This document shows, piece by piece, positions 34,923 to 47,880 of a DNA stretch of 64,000 nucleotides. Position numbers and translations under genes: made by a program. Within the stretch, counting starts at the first letter, position 1. Each line of letters opens with the position of its first letter. The notes below the pieces were generated by a model that was not told the origin of the DNA, searched no databases, and saw only the letters and a list, made by a program, of their open reading frames with translations. The stretch lies in contig CAUYUJ010000222.1 of NCBI GenBank assembly GCA_963575745.1, positions 1-64,000 of the forward strand, written 5' to 3'. Origin of the DNA: Prorocentrum cordatum (Eukaryota).

Positions 34923-35349
34923 TTAAGTATAGGGGTGTCGTTCTGAAGGTCGCAGAAGCTCGCGAGCCGTCTTGCACACAGCGGACGCGGCCCCAGGCAT
35001 GCACTGTTCCGCTTGCTCTTCCTGTTGGTCCTCCTTCTCGGCGGGCTCCTCCCTCTTCCCTCTCCAGCTATTGCCCTCTGCACAGAAATGCTCTAATCGC
35101 CGTTCGCTTCTTTGCACTGCGCTGTACAGAGACTCGAACGAGCGCCGCAGAAAAAGCAGTAAAAGATAACCATGAAATTGGACTGAAAAGTGTAGGCGAA
35201 TGTGGCTGGTTGTGTCTCGCCGGCGTCGTCTTAGATTGGTTTCGGGGTTGGTACTGTGGTCTTCGAGCGCCCTCCCCAGGATGACTGATCGTGAGTCAAT
35301 GGGCACAAGTTATGCCAACGGCAAAGGAGTTCTTCAAGCGCCTTTCTTT

Positions 35350-36500
35350 AGCCCTCCGAAGTCATTAGACCGATCTGCAGCACCGACAGCATCATCCATA
35401 CATAGGGCGACAGTTCTTAGCTTCGTGAAACGTGCTGAAGGAGGACTAAAGCAAACGTATGTATATTGCCGTAAAGGTGATTCCCTATGGCGAATGCACA
35501 ACTCAACGCAATGAGTTCAACGGGAAACGTGATGTCTTAGCGCATAGAAATATCCAACGTCACCACCTCGCACAAAACATTGCCTGCAGCAGAGTATCCC
35601 AAGGCCACACGCTACTCGTCCGACTCCATCGTCAGATCGCAATGTTATATTGGTTGCTGTTTTGAAAGGCGCTCGCACTCCACACGATGCGAGAGCACAA
35701 AAGTTGAGCGACTACACAATAGACATAGCAGGGCCAGGGAACACAATATATGCATCTGTCGGCCGACATTGCCTGCCGCGCAAGAATATTCGTGAGCGTG
35801 GTTCGGCTAGTATCGGCGTGCATATTCATACCGAGATTGTCCATCAGCTCTCGGGGCGGGGGTGAGTTATTTTGATATCATTATCGAGCATCGTCGCCAG
35901 GAGATCCGATCTGAGAAGCCGCCGGTGCTCATCCGAGTGGCCATGCAGGCACGGGCGTCCCCCAGCATTTAGCCACTTCGTGATGTGCAGCCGTTGCGCC
36001 GAATCCCCAGGGAGTGCTGTAAAGCCCATGAAGATGGTGCCCACCTGGAGGCGACGAGATGGCGACAGTGTTCGCCTCGACGTTGTCAATCGCGCAGGTA
36101 GCGAACTCCGCCGCGTTGGTGTCACCAGCGCGCATGCCACGGTTCATAATCATCTCGCACGGGTGAAAGCCGCTCAGCCAGTCAGCATGCGGACTTCGGG
36201 AAGTTCCGGCAACGTCACACTTGAACTTACCAGTGCAGTTTGTCAGCGTCTGCGGGAGCGATGCCGTGAGACTCGTGGACGGATGGGCGTATTCCATTGC
36301 CAGCGGTGGCGTATATACCAAAGTCCTCGGTAGGGGCCGTCACTAACAGTTTTGCGAGGTTGAGCACGCAGTCGCGGGGGACTTGCCGCTAGCCCTGCTT
36401 GAAAAGCCACTAGTTGTCATCATCCGTTCATTGCAGCCGTGAAGGCTTTCGTTTCGTGAACGCTGCACTGTGAACTCCGACACATCATCTCTCTGGATTG
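35350..36500 (-). mobile_element. Heavily decayed non-LTR (LINE-like) reverse-transcriptase remnant
   Basis: RT-like motifs in the expected order on the minus strand across frameshifts: SGFSSRAS (GF..GRS-like), IMNRGMRAGDTNAAEF (RG.RQGD-like), TMLDNDI (YADD position), LGMNMHADTS (GL.LN..KT-like). Confidence 0.5.
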
Positions 36501-38464
36501 CTCCACCCAGACAGCAAAGCGTCGATTGAAAGCCACATTTTCATGCTAGATTCACGCATGTGTGATAGAGTGGTGGCTTCGACGGGACGGGGTTGGAAGT
36601 CAAGAAATGCAGTTTTCAAAGGGGAAGGACCTTTGTATACGGCAGCTTGGGGCAGGCCCCGCCAACGCACCAGTGCAGAAGGAGTGAGGTTCAGTTCCAG
36701 TTCGGTGCCCTGGCTGAGCTGGTCCGGGTCTGAAACATTCCCTCCTCGTCCGCGGTTTCGCTCGCCCCTCCCGCCGTCCTGTTGGAGGCGTCCTGGGTGC
36801 GTGGTCGGAGCCCCATTTGGGTGCATCCAGGGGGCTCGTTGGGCGCCCGTCGGGGAGCTCGGAAAGTTCTGGGCGCGCTGGCTCGATGGCTCTGGGCGCG
36901 GTGGCTCTGAACCATCTTGGGGACGCGTGGGCGGGTCTTTGGACCGCTTTGGGGAATTCTTATATTTATACAAAAAATATGTTACACAAAAAAATCATAT
37001 ATCTACACACAAAAAAAAACATATATTTATACAATTCTTATATATAATCATATTTTTACATAAAAAAATCTCAGGCCGTCTCGGGACCGTATTGGGGGAC
37101 CCTCGCGGGCCCATTCGGGGCAATGCGGGGGGGCCTTGGCGATAGCTTGCCGATCTGAAGCCAGAACACATTGGCTCCTTGCCGATCTGGAGTTGGTCGA
37201 CTGCAGAAACCCTGCCAGGCCGCCAGCAAGCATCCATGGGATTTCGCTGCTCCACTGTCGCGAAAGCGCGGCAGCAGAGACCTGTGGAGCAGAGACAAGA
37301 CGGACTCGTCGAGCTCATCGCCTCTGTCGTCGCCCTGGACACCGGCGCACGATGCTGCACTGCAGCGGCACCGGCTCCGAGCGGCGCCTCCATGGACAAG
37401 CGGCCCCCACACTCTGCACGGGGAGGGGGAGAGGGGAGGCGGGGAGGGATAAAGGCAGGGAGAGAGAGAGAGGGAAACAAAAAAAAGAGAGAGAGAGAGA
37501 GAGGCTCGGACCGAGGAAAGAGGGTGAATTGGGCAACCCCAGTGGCTGTGTCCAGCCTCCCCTTGCCCTCTCCCTCCCCCTATTGTACACTATCTGATTT
37601 TTCGGAGGCGCATCTGGGCGCATGATTTGCGTGGGCGGGTCGGCCTCTCGGACTGAGTGCTCATGCCGTCAGGCGTCGACGCCGGCGGCAACGGAGCGGG
37701 CCAGACGCTATGCCCGAAAACCGTGCCTCAGACGCGAAATTCCAGCCGAACGACGAAGAGAAAGAGGACCCCCCAGGAGCAGGCGGAGGAGGAGGGAGTA
37801 GAAGGAGGAGGAGGAGGAGGAGAAATAGGAGAAGGAGACGGGAGAAGGATGGGGAAGATCTCAGATGAAAAGATGTGCTGGTATGCCGTCTAGTATCGAA
37901 GAGAAGCAAGCGCTTCGTAAGTTTGCTCCTCTTGGAAACCTCCTTCATTGAAAGACCTACGCAGGCGCTTCAAGGGCTGAAGTCGAGAAAGCTCCTCCAT
38001 ACTTGCAAGTGCATGTCGACCCGAGCGGGACCAGCAGCACGAGATGCAACAGGAAGAGGGGGCAGGAGCAGGAGAGGGAGAAAAAGCATGGCAAGAGGAA
38101 GCAGCAGCGGCACAGGGGAGAGGGGTGAGGAAGGGAGGGAGGGAGGGACGAGGGAGGGAGGAAGGAAGCGAGGAAGGGGGGCGATCTCTTCCTCCCCTCC
38201 TTCTGCCCTCCCCCGGCCCCCTCCTTGCCCCGTGCCGCACCGAGTTCGCCCATCCTCGCCGCGCCCCCCGTCAGCCGCCCGCCCTCCCTGCCTCCCTCCT
38301 CGTCCGTGCCCCTGGCCGCCCTCAACCATCCTCGCCCCTCCCCGCACCCCCCCCCACCCTGGAGGGTTTCTCCGAAGGGCTCAATCGACCCGTTCTCCTC
38401 CTCCTCCTCCTCCTCCTCCTCCTCCTCCTCCTCCTCCTCCTCCTCCTCCTCCTCCTCCTCCTCC

Positions 38465-38543
<79 letters not shown>

Positions 38544-39904
38544 GTCCTATCCTATCCTGTCCTATCCTATCCTATCCTATCCTATCCGATGTTATCCTCG
38601 CCCTGCCTTCGCCCGAGCCCTGCACTCCTGCTCGCGGCGTCGGATCCCGGGGTCCCTCCGACGCTCGATCCCTCCCCTGGATAGCCGTGTCACGTGGGAT
38701 GTTCGTGTCACGGGGGCGTACGCGGACGCCACGGCCTCTTGGGGATGATCAGGAACGGGGCCTGATCGGTTGTGATCGGCAACCGATAGCGGGTTCGCCC
38801 GATGACATCGGTCGGATCACCGCGATCGGCCCGTGATCGTTGTGATCATTGCGGTGCTCGCCCAATGATCGTCGCCGTGATCCGAAGTGTGATCCGATCA
38901 CGTGATCGGGGGTGTGTGATCGCCCGGCGATCGGCCAGACATTGAGCTCCCAAGGTTTTTGTTTCTAAGCGTTTACTTACGTTTACCTATACCTCGTAGA
39001 GCTCTTCGAAGAGATACGCTGAGAGGAATTCGGGCGCAGGGTGGAGCCAGTTGGCCGATCCCGCAAGAAGAGGCAAGGTGATAATGTGAGGTTGAGTTTT
39101 GGATCATCGTGGGAGATTTGAGAACTCGTTTTAAGAATTGGTCGTTTTCGCACCTGTAGGGAACGATGAGGCGTTCGCTCCCCGCCAGCCGCGAGAGGAC
39201 GCCGCCCCCTCGCCGCTGTGACGGCGACCACGCAGCGTTGTGGAGCCTCCCCCCGCGCCAGCGTTGCGGACGACGATCACTGGAGAGGAAGCAGGTTGCC
39301 AAATGACTTTCAGATGTCTAGAAATGTTCTACGCATGTCTTAAACATGAGAGCCATGTTGTAAGCATGTCTTGAACATGAAAGCCATGTTTCAAACATTG
39401 TTAGAACATGTCTTGCAAACATGCAAGATACATCTTTATTCAATGACAGGATTGTTAGGGTGTCCATTGTCATGGCGTCCACAACGCCAGCGGTGAGCCG
39501 CGCAAACGCGCGCGCGCGGCGCCGGGCGGCGATGCGAGGGCCCACCGCGCGGAGCGGCGCGCGCAACGACGGACTGGGCGAACGTACGAGTTCTGAGGTC
39601 TTGGCGTTGCAACTTTCTCGAGCCGGGCGTGTTCGCCTCTCTTCTGGCCCCGGGGCCCTCACAGATCGGTCCGGCTCGAGAATTGGCGCAGAGGGATGGG
39701 GCCTGGGGCTCCGGGCGTGTTTTCTTAACGATGTTGCAATTTGTTCGCTACGTCGGATCTCAGGGACGCGATCTCAATGGGGCTCGGGCTCTGCCGCCGC
39801 CTGTCCGACCGCCAGGGTGATCCCCTCGTCTGCCAGTCGAGTGCCGCACCCAGCGGGCACGACCGTCGGAAGGAGGAGGAGGAAGAGGAGGAGGAGAAGG
39901 ACGA

Positions 39905-39938
<34 letters not shown>

Positions 39939-40547
39939 GGAGGAGGAGGAGAAGGACGAAGGACGAAGGACAAAGGAGGGGAGGGCCCTCGGCGCACGAA
40001 CTGTTGGCGGCCAACGAGAGCTTTTTTGACGATCCAGTCTCTCCGTGAGGTATTTGCAGCGGGGGCTTCCGTAAAATTTTCGACCTACGGTCTGGGACGT
40101 TTGCTTAGCGTGTCGCGCCGCCAGCTTTGGCCCAGCACGCTTCGGCGCGACACGCTAACCACGTCCCGGTGACGAGGCGTCAACGTCCCGAGCCTCTCGG
40201 AGCTTCACGCCCCGCGAAGAGAGCGACACGCTACCCGCCTGCAGAGCGCAGCGTGCCGCGGGGGCCGCCAGGGCAACACGCTGAGCAACAGTTTCCGACC
40301 ACATACCCCCTCATCTTCTTCCTCCTCTTCATCATCATCATCTTCTTCCTCCTCCTCCCTTCTCCTCCTCCTCCTCCTCCTCCTCCTCCTCCTCCTCCTC
40401 CTCCTCCTCCTCCTCCTCCGCCTCCGCCTTCTCCTACTCCTCCGCCTCCTCTTCCTCCACCTCCTCCTCCTCCTCCTCCTCCTCTCCTCCTCGTCCTCCT
40501 TCTCCTCCTCCTCCTCCTCCTGCTCCTCCTCCTCCTGCCCCATCCCC

Positions 40548-40569
40548 TCCGTAGCCATTTTGGCTCAAG
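40548..40569 (+). other. Perfect DinoSL relic
   Basis: TCCGTAGCCATTTTGGCTCAAG, 22/22, about 10 nt after a (CCT)n tract. Confidence 0.97.
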
Positions 40570-42100
40570 AGCTCCTGGGACCCGTGCTCCCCATCTGGCC
40601 GCGTGCTCTCGCCGCGAGCGGGCTTCCTCGCCATGGCGCCAGCTGGATGCTGACGCATCTCTGCATCGCGTTCTTCTGCCACCTTGGAGTGGGATTTCAT
40701 CTACCTGCTCGTTCTTCCTCCCCACCGTGCGCGTGGGCTACACGCGGTATGACTGGTTGCCGCTCTTACCTACAGGCGCTCGCCCAGCAGCGCACGCTCA
40801 CAGCCGAACAAGAACGACGACGCCTTCGTGACGCTCGTTATCGTGCTGTCCACTCTGGCCCTGGTCGCCGTTTCGCGGAGTGCGCCGCCGAGGACCACAC
40901 CGCGGTCAAGGCGATGGCTCGAGGCAAAGAGCTTCACCGCTGCCTGGACTGGAAGCGCGGCGAGTCCACGACGTCGGGCAAGATCTCCGCCTACCGTTCG
41001 TGGAAGCTGGGCACGCTGGACCAGACCGACTACAAGTCCGCGAGGCGCGTTCTCGAGCGCGCTGACCACGCCAAGCACTACCACCCCGCAGCGCCCACAG
41101 CAACAACACGTTCGGCATGGGCAGACCTACATGACAAATGACAATGAGGACCTCGGAGGTGGTGTCCTTCAGCCCGACGCTCACCCTGACCCGCGTCCTG
41201 CAGCTGCACATGGAGGCGCTGTCTTGCACAACGCTGACAAGAAGAACAACTCGCCCCCTGCGCTGCCGGAGTTCACGCTCACGCACGCCGCGCTGCACAG
41301 CGACAGCCTGCTCGCCACGATCGACGAGAAGATCTCCACACTCCAGCGCTCGCTCATTACAACTATCAATGCGAAGGTACAGAGCGCTGCGGACACGATT
41401 CGGGCCACCATGGATGCCAACTTCGTCACGACGGATGCGCTCGGCACCGTGGCCACCACGCTCAAGGACACGATGCCCGAGGAGCCTCTCAAGCACCAGC
41501 GCCCGCCGCCCCTCCGCGGCCCGACTGCGCTGCCCGACAACCCTGCGGCACGAGACCCGCTCCATGTTCGACCAGAGGCGGCTGGAGGTCAAGGCGTACG
41601 CCGACACGGATACGAAGCGGTCCCTCACCGCCCGCAGGCTGCAGATCAACAGCCTGCTTCCCGAGCTCAAGACCGAGCTCAAGACCGAGCCCGACGAACG
41701 GGTGGAGCTCATCGAGTGCGACTACGACGAGCTGCAGCAGGAGGTTGACAACATCGAACAACACGTCCAACACCTCCAAGGTCGAGGGCCGTCACGGACT
41801 GGCTTCGGCGGCATTCTGGACTCCAAGCTCGACAGATACTACGATTCGCTCCTCACCAGCATCAGGAACGCCAGCTGCTGCAACGCCTTCTCGAAGCTGC
41901 TGGACACCTACGCCGTGTCCCTGAAGCCTGCGCCGTACGAGTTTCCCTCAATCGGGGAGTTGACGGAGTGGACGAGTACGAGCAGTCTAGCGCCAGCTTC
42001 ATCTACGCCTCCACATACAAGTACTTCATCATATGTTTCTTCCTTTGAGAGTTCAGCTTACAGTTAGATGACCAAGGCCCGAGCACGCAGCGGTGGAGAC
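40548..42100 (+). pseudogene. SL-headed processed pseudogene of a coiled-coil hypothetical protein
   Basis: Protein-like blocks spread over three frames (DYKSARRVLERADHAKH; LLATIDEKISTLQRSLITTINAKVQ; ELIECDYDELQQEVDNIEQHVQHLQ); no introns evident; microsatellites on both flanks. Confidence 0.65.
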
Positions 42101-42189
42101 AAACTCATTTGCCCTCTTCTCGCTTCGTGCTCGTGACCGCCTGTCCTCTTCCTTTCTTCAGAGTACCCAGGCTCCCCCTCCCCCTTTCT

Positions 42190-42234
42190 CCTCCTCCTCC
42201 TACAGCTACAACGACTACTACTAGTACTACTACG

Positions 42235-42285
<51 letters not shown>

Positions 42286-42329
42286 GCTGCTGCTGCTACT
42301 ACTACTACTACTACTACCACTACTACTCG

Positions 42330-42361
<32 letters not shown>

Positions 42362-42408
42362 TTACTACTACTACTACTACTACTACTATTACGACTACTG
42401 CTGCTACG

Positions 42409-42458
<50 letters not shown>

Positions 42459-42830
42459 ACTACGGCTAGTAATACTATTANNNNNNNNNNNNNNNNNNNN
42501 NNNNNNNNNNNNNNNNNNNNNNNNNNNNNNNNNNNNNNNNNNNNNNNNNNNNNNNNNNNNNNNNNNNNNNNNNNNNNNNNGGATGAGGAGGAGGAGGAGG
42601 ATGAGGGATGAGGAGGAGGAGGAGGAGGAGGGAGCGGAGGAGGAGGAGGAGGAGGAGGAGGAGGATAAGGAAGAGGAAGAGAAATATGATGATGATGAGG
42701 AGGAGGAGGACGATGAAGCGGAAGAGGAGGGGGAAGAGGAGGAGGAGGCGAAGGAGGAGGACGAGTATTATTATTAATATTATTATTATTATTATGATAA
42801 TTAGTAGTAGAGGTAGTGGTAGTGGTAGTC

Positions 42831-42882
<52 letters not shown>

Positions 42883-42883
42883 C

Positions 42884-42947
<64 letters not shown>

Positions 42948-43028
42948 ATAGTAGTAGTAGGTGCGGAGGAGGCGGGCAGTCGTAGTAGTAGTAGTAGTAG
43001 TAGTAGTAGTATTATTATTAGTAGTAGC

Positions 43029-43061
<33 letters not shown>

Positions 43062-43451
43062 CGTAGTAGTAATATTATCAGTNNNNNNNNNNNNNNNNNN
43101 NNNNNNNNNNNNNNNNNNNNNNNNNNNNNNNNNNNNNNNNNNNNNNNNNNNNNNNNNNNNNNNNNNNNNNNNNNNNNNNNNNAGGAGGATGAGGATGAGG
43201 AGGATGAGGAGGAGGAGGAGGATGAGGGATGAGGAGGAGGAGGAGGAGGAGGGAGCGGAGGAGGAGGAGGAGGAGGAGGAGGAGGATAAGGAAGAGGAAG
43301 AGAAATATGATGATGATGAGGAGGAGGAGGACGATGAAGCGGAAGAGGAGGGGGAAGAGGAGGAGGAGGCGAAGGAGGAGGACGAGTATTATTATTAATA
43401 TTATTATTATTATTATGATAATTAGTAGTAGAGGTAGTGGTAGTGGTAGTC

Positions 43452-43503
<52 letters not shown>

Positions 43504-43504
43504 C

Positions 43505-43568
<64 letters not shown>

Positions 43569-44107
43569 ATAGTAGTAGTTAGTAGTTGTAAGTAGTTAGT
43601 ATTAGTAGTATTAATAGTAGTAGTAGGTGCGATGGAGTGTAGGAGGGCGGGCAGTGTAGTAGTAGTAGTAGTAGTAGTAGTAGATTATTATCCGTCAGTA
43701 GCTATTAGTAGTAGTCGTAGTAGTTGTAGTAGTAGTCGTAGTAGTTATATTTATCAGTTAGTAGTAGTAGTCGTAGTAGTAGTGTAGTAGTAGTAGAGAT
43801 AGTCGTAGTAGTAGTAGTAGTAGTGGAGTAGTAGTAGTAGTCGTAGTAGGTAGTAGTAGTGATCGTAGTACCAGTGTAGTAGCAGCAGTTAGTTAGTAGT
43901 AGTCGTTAGTAGTACTTCGTCGTAGTCTGTCGTAGTAGTTAGTCGTGTAGTCGTAATTAATATTAGTAGTGGCCGTAGTAGTTAGTAGTTAGTTTCGTGT
44001 AGTAGTAGTAGTAGTAGTAGTAGTAGTCGTCGTAGTAGTCGTATAGTAGTCGTAGTAGTAGGTCGTTCGTAGTAGTAGTCAGTAGTAGTAGTAGTAGTAG
44101 TCCGTTC

Positions 44108-44146
<39 letters not shown>

Positions 44147-44220
44147 TCGAGTCGTAATAGTGTAGTAGTTGTAGTAGTAGTAGTAGTAGTGGAGTAGTAG
44201 TAGTAGAAGTAAGTTAGTAA
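42190..44220. repeat. (ACT)n/(GGA)n/(AGT)n tracts with two 100-N gaps (42481-42580, 43083-43182) and a duplicated block
   Basis: 42583-42960 is repeated at ~43205-43580. Confidence 0.95.
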
Positions 44221-44558
44221 CGTATTCGTATTCGTTTATTCGTATTCGTATTCGTATTCGTCTTCGTTCGTATTCGTATTCGCATTCGTATTCGTATTCG
44301 TATTCGTATTCGTATTCGTATTCGTATTCGTATTCGTATTCGTATTCGCATTCGTATTCGTATTCGTATTCGTATTCGTATTCGTATTCGTATTCGTATT
44401 CGTATTCGTTTTCGTATTCGTATTCGTATTCGTATTCGTATTCGTATTCGTATTCGTATTCGTATTCGTATTCGTACTCGTATTCGTATTCGTATTCGTA
44501 TTCGTATTCGTATTCGTATTCGTATTCGTATTCGTATTCGTATTCGTATTCGTATTCG
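44221..44558. repeat. (TTCGTA)n hexanucleotide microsatellite
   Basis: More than 50 near-perfect units. Confidence 0.97.
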
Positions 44559-44570
44559 TAGTAGTAGTAA

Positions 44571-44614
<44 letters not shown>

Positions 44615-44617
<3 letters not shown>

Positions 44618-46166
44618 CCGGGGCCGCCCCGTGCGCCACCCCCACCCCTTGAGGATGGACCTCCCCGTGACGAGGGGAACGACCCCCAGCCCGACATCGA
44701 TGCTGAGGACCAGGAGCGCCAGCTGACCGACGTCAAGACCGTGGAGGAGGTCACGGACATCGAGCCCCTGCTGCGGCTCGGCCTCTCCAAGCAATCGCTG
44801 AAGCGTATGGCGCGGGCCTATGGCGTCCTCAAATTCGAGACCATGCGCACCCACATGCTGGGAGGCCTGGGGCCCATCCGGGAGAAGAAGGAGGACATGG
44901 TGAGGGGCACAGAGGCGCAGGACGGAGTCCAGAAGTGGCTCGACGCGCTGAATGAGGAGGCAGAGGGGGATGTGGGAAGAGTGAAGAAGGGCCTCCTGGA
45001 AGCCTCGGGGGTCGCGGACGCACACCTGGGACACAAACGTGCCTGGAGGGAGGAGTGCCAGGGCAACGCCGCGGCGCAGGAAGCCTACCGACGCATGGGC
45101 GACTACACGGACCAGTTCTACCGTGGCAAGGGCTTCACGTTCAACATGTACTACAAGTGCTCGGCCAACAAGACCTGGGACAACCCCAGGGGGTGCTGCT
45201 CGGTGATCCGATCGGATCGCTGGACGCAGCTGCTCACCTGCGCGCAGGAGGCGGCGGGGGAGATGGGCCAGCGCTGGTACTGCCACTGTGGTGCGCGCTA
45301 CTCGACCTCCTACGGCGTCTGCATCGAGTTGATAGGGGAGGAGCTGAAAGCCGCCACGTGCGTACTACATGCACGCGGAGCACCCCGAGGAGGACATCCG
45401 CGACTTGAAGGCCCTGCTGCGCTACGACAAGCTCAAGAAGGAGGAGATACCTGTGTTCAGCGCGGTGGACCTCCTGCAGTACCTGCCCAAGGTCAAGCCG
45501 CTGGCAGTGGGTGCCGCCTTCAAGCGCTACGCTCCACACCAGTCGCAGTGGGAGGGCCACTATGTGTTAATGGAGGGGCCTTCCTGGGAGAGCCTGACCG
45601 AGCTCAAGTGGACCGACCTGTACGCGCAGGTCGCCTGGGGACTGAACGACCCAGAGTGGGCGGGCTACAGCAAGAAGTCGCGGAACAAGGCCAAGAGGGA
45701 GCGCCTGGATATGGCGTACAGGGATCTGGCGCTCTACGAGCGCCGCCACAACCTGCGGGAGGGCAGCCTCACGGGCGGCGGGGTTGGTACAGGGGTCGCC
45801 CCGCGCGCCACCCCCGTCCGCGCCGCCAGCGCCCCTCCAGCGGGTGGGGCCCGCGGCAGCCAGGACCCGCCACCACCACCTGTCGGAGCCCCGCCAGCGG
45901 CCATCATGGTCCCTCCGCCGCCGCCGCTGACGGCGCCCCCAGTGGCGCCGCCGCGGCCGACGGACCCGTCGCCGCAGACGGACCCGCTCCCGCAGCACAT
46001 CCCGCATATTGCAGCCCTGAACGTGGCCTTCGGCGACGATCTCGAGCGCCAGGTCTTTGGGCCCTCAGGGCAGGTGGGCGGCAGAAGCGACCTCGGGGGA
46101 GAAGTGCAGGCGCTGCCGTCGCAGGTCTTCGCAGCCATTGCGCAGGGAGCAGGCCAGTCCGCCTGA
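44615..46166 (+). pseudogene. Intronless Cys-rich hypothetical protein with one frameshift (~45360), 5' end lost in (AGT)n
   Basis: Frame 1 FNMYYKCSAN...GCCSVIRSDRW...QRWYCHCGARYSTSYGVCIEL continues in the +1 frame as YYMHAEHPEEDIRDLKALL...to TGA 46166; GC-rich third codon positions. Confidence 0.65.
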
Positions 46167-46791
46167 ATGATGGAGCCCAGCAGGTTCCATGCCCTCGGCA
46201 GGCTACGTGAGTCCATGCCAGGATTTCGTGCCTGCCACTCTCAGAGGTGCTGAACCAGTAGGTCCGCTTACGCCCCAGCTGCAGCAACGCCGCCTTGCCC
46301 GCGAGTGCGGCGTGCCCACAGTGGTACCCCCTCGCGTTGCAGCACCTGTTGCTTTAGCCTCCGCTCTGCGTACGGTCATCCGTGCGCCTGGCTACTCTGG
46401 CCTGCCAATTGGCTTGCCATCTTGGCCTTCTCTCACGCACACTTGCGCTCGTGAGCCTCGCTGGCGGTGCTGGTGTCGCCCCGTGTGCTGCCGCGACGCC
46501 GCTGGGCGCCTTGCCATTTTGGCTTGCCATCCTGGCCTCCTCTCGCGCCTTCCTGCGCTAGTTGGCCTCGATGGCGGTACTGGGGTCGCCCCGTGTGCTG
46601 CTGTACCGCCGCTGACGCTGCACTTTGGGCCGTAGGGACCAGCTGCCCTCGGACAAGCGCCTGCCGCTGCATGCACGTCAGACCCGCCTTTCACCCAGAA
46701 GAGGTGCCCACTACATACTGGCAGTGAGGCAGCCACAAGGACGCTCTTCCCAAGGTGGTTGAGCCGTGGCGATGTGGTGCACGATACCGCC

Positions 46792-46841
<50 letters not shown>

Positions 46842-46867
46842 CAATATCAGTAGTAGTAGTCGTAGTC

Positions 46868-46901
<34 letters not shown>

Positions 46902-46937
46902 CATTAGTAGTAGTAGCAGTAGTAGTAATCGTGATAT

Positions 46938-46985
<48 letters not shown>

Positions 46986-47061
46986 TGGTAGTAGTGGTAT
47001 TGATAGTATTAGTAGTAGATGTAGAGGTAGTGGTAGTAGTAGCAATAGTAGTAGTAGTAGC

Positions 47062-47134
<73 letters not shown>

Positions 47135-47166
47135 ATAAGTAGTGTAGTAGTAGTAGTAGAAGTAGT

Positions 47167-47208
<42 letters not shown>

Positions 47209-47380
47209 AGTAGTAGTAGTAGGAATAGTAGTATTAGTAGTAGTAGTGGCCGTAGTCGTAGTAGCAGTTGTAGTAGTAGTAGTAGCAGCAGTAGTAGTAA
47301 TAGTTAGTAGTTAGTAGTTAGCAGTTAGTAGTTAGTAGTAAGTAGTTAGTAGTTGGAAGTCAGTAGTAGTAGTAGTAGTC

Positions 47381-47426
<46 letters not shown>

Positions 47427-47454
47427 GAGTAGTAGTCTAGTCTAGTACAGTAGT

Positions 47455-47494
<40 letters not shown>

Positions 47495-47526
47495 CGTAGT
47501 AGTAGTAGTAGTAGTAGTAGTAGTAC

Positions 47527-47593
<67 letters not shown>

Positions 47594-47601
47594 CGTAGTA
47601 C

Positions 47602-47656
<55 letters not shown>

Positions 47657-47657
47657 C

Positions 47658-47725
<68 letters not shown>

Positions 47726-47726
47726 C

Positions 47727-47764
<38 letters not shown>

Positions 47765-47880
47765 CGTAGTTGTAGTAGTCGTAGTCGGTCGTAGTAGTAG
47801 TAGTAGTAGTAGTAGTAGCGTAGTCCCCCTAGTAGTAGTAGTCAGTAGTAAGTATCAATCGTAACGGTATCAAAAGTAGT
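46792..47880. repeat. (AGT)n microsatellite
   Basis: Direct inspection. Confidence 0.97.

Noticed and set aside
42583..43630. Tandem duplicated acidic ORFs
   Set aside because: Identical low-complexity blocks either side of an N gap; likely a scaffolding overlap.
46513..46524. GCCATTTTGGCT partial SL match
   Set aside because: Only 12 nt, lacks CAAG, and is part of a local duplication with 46403-46425.
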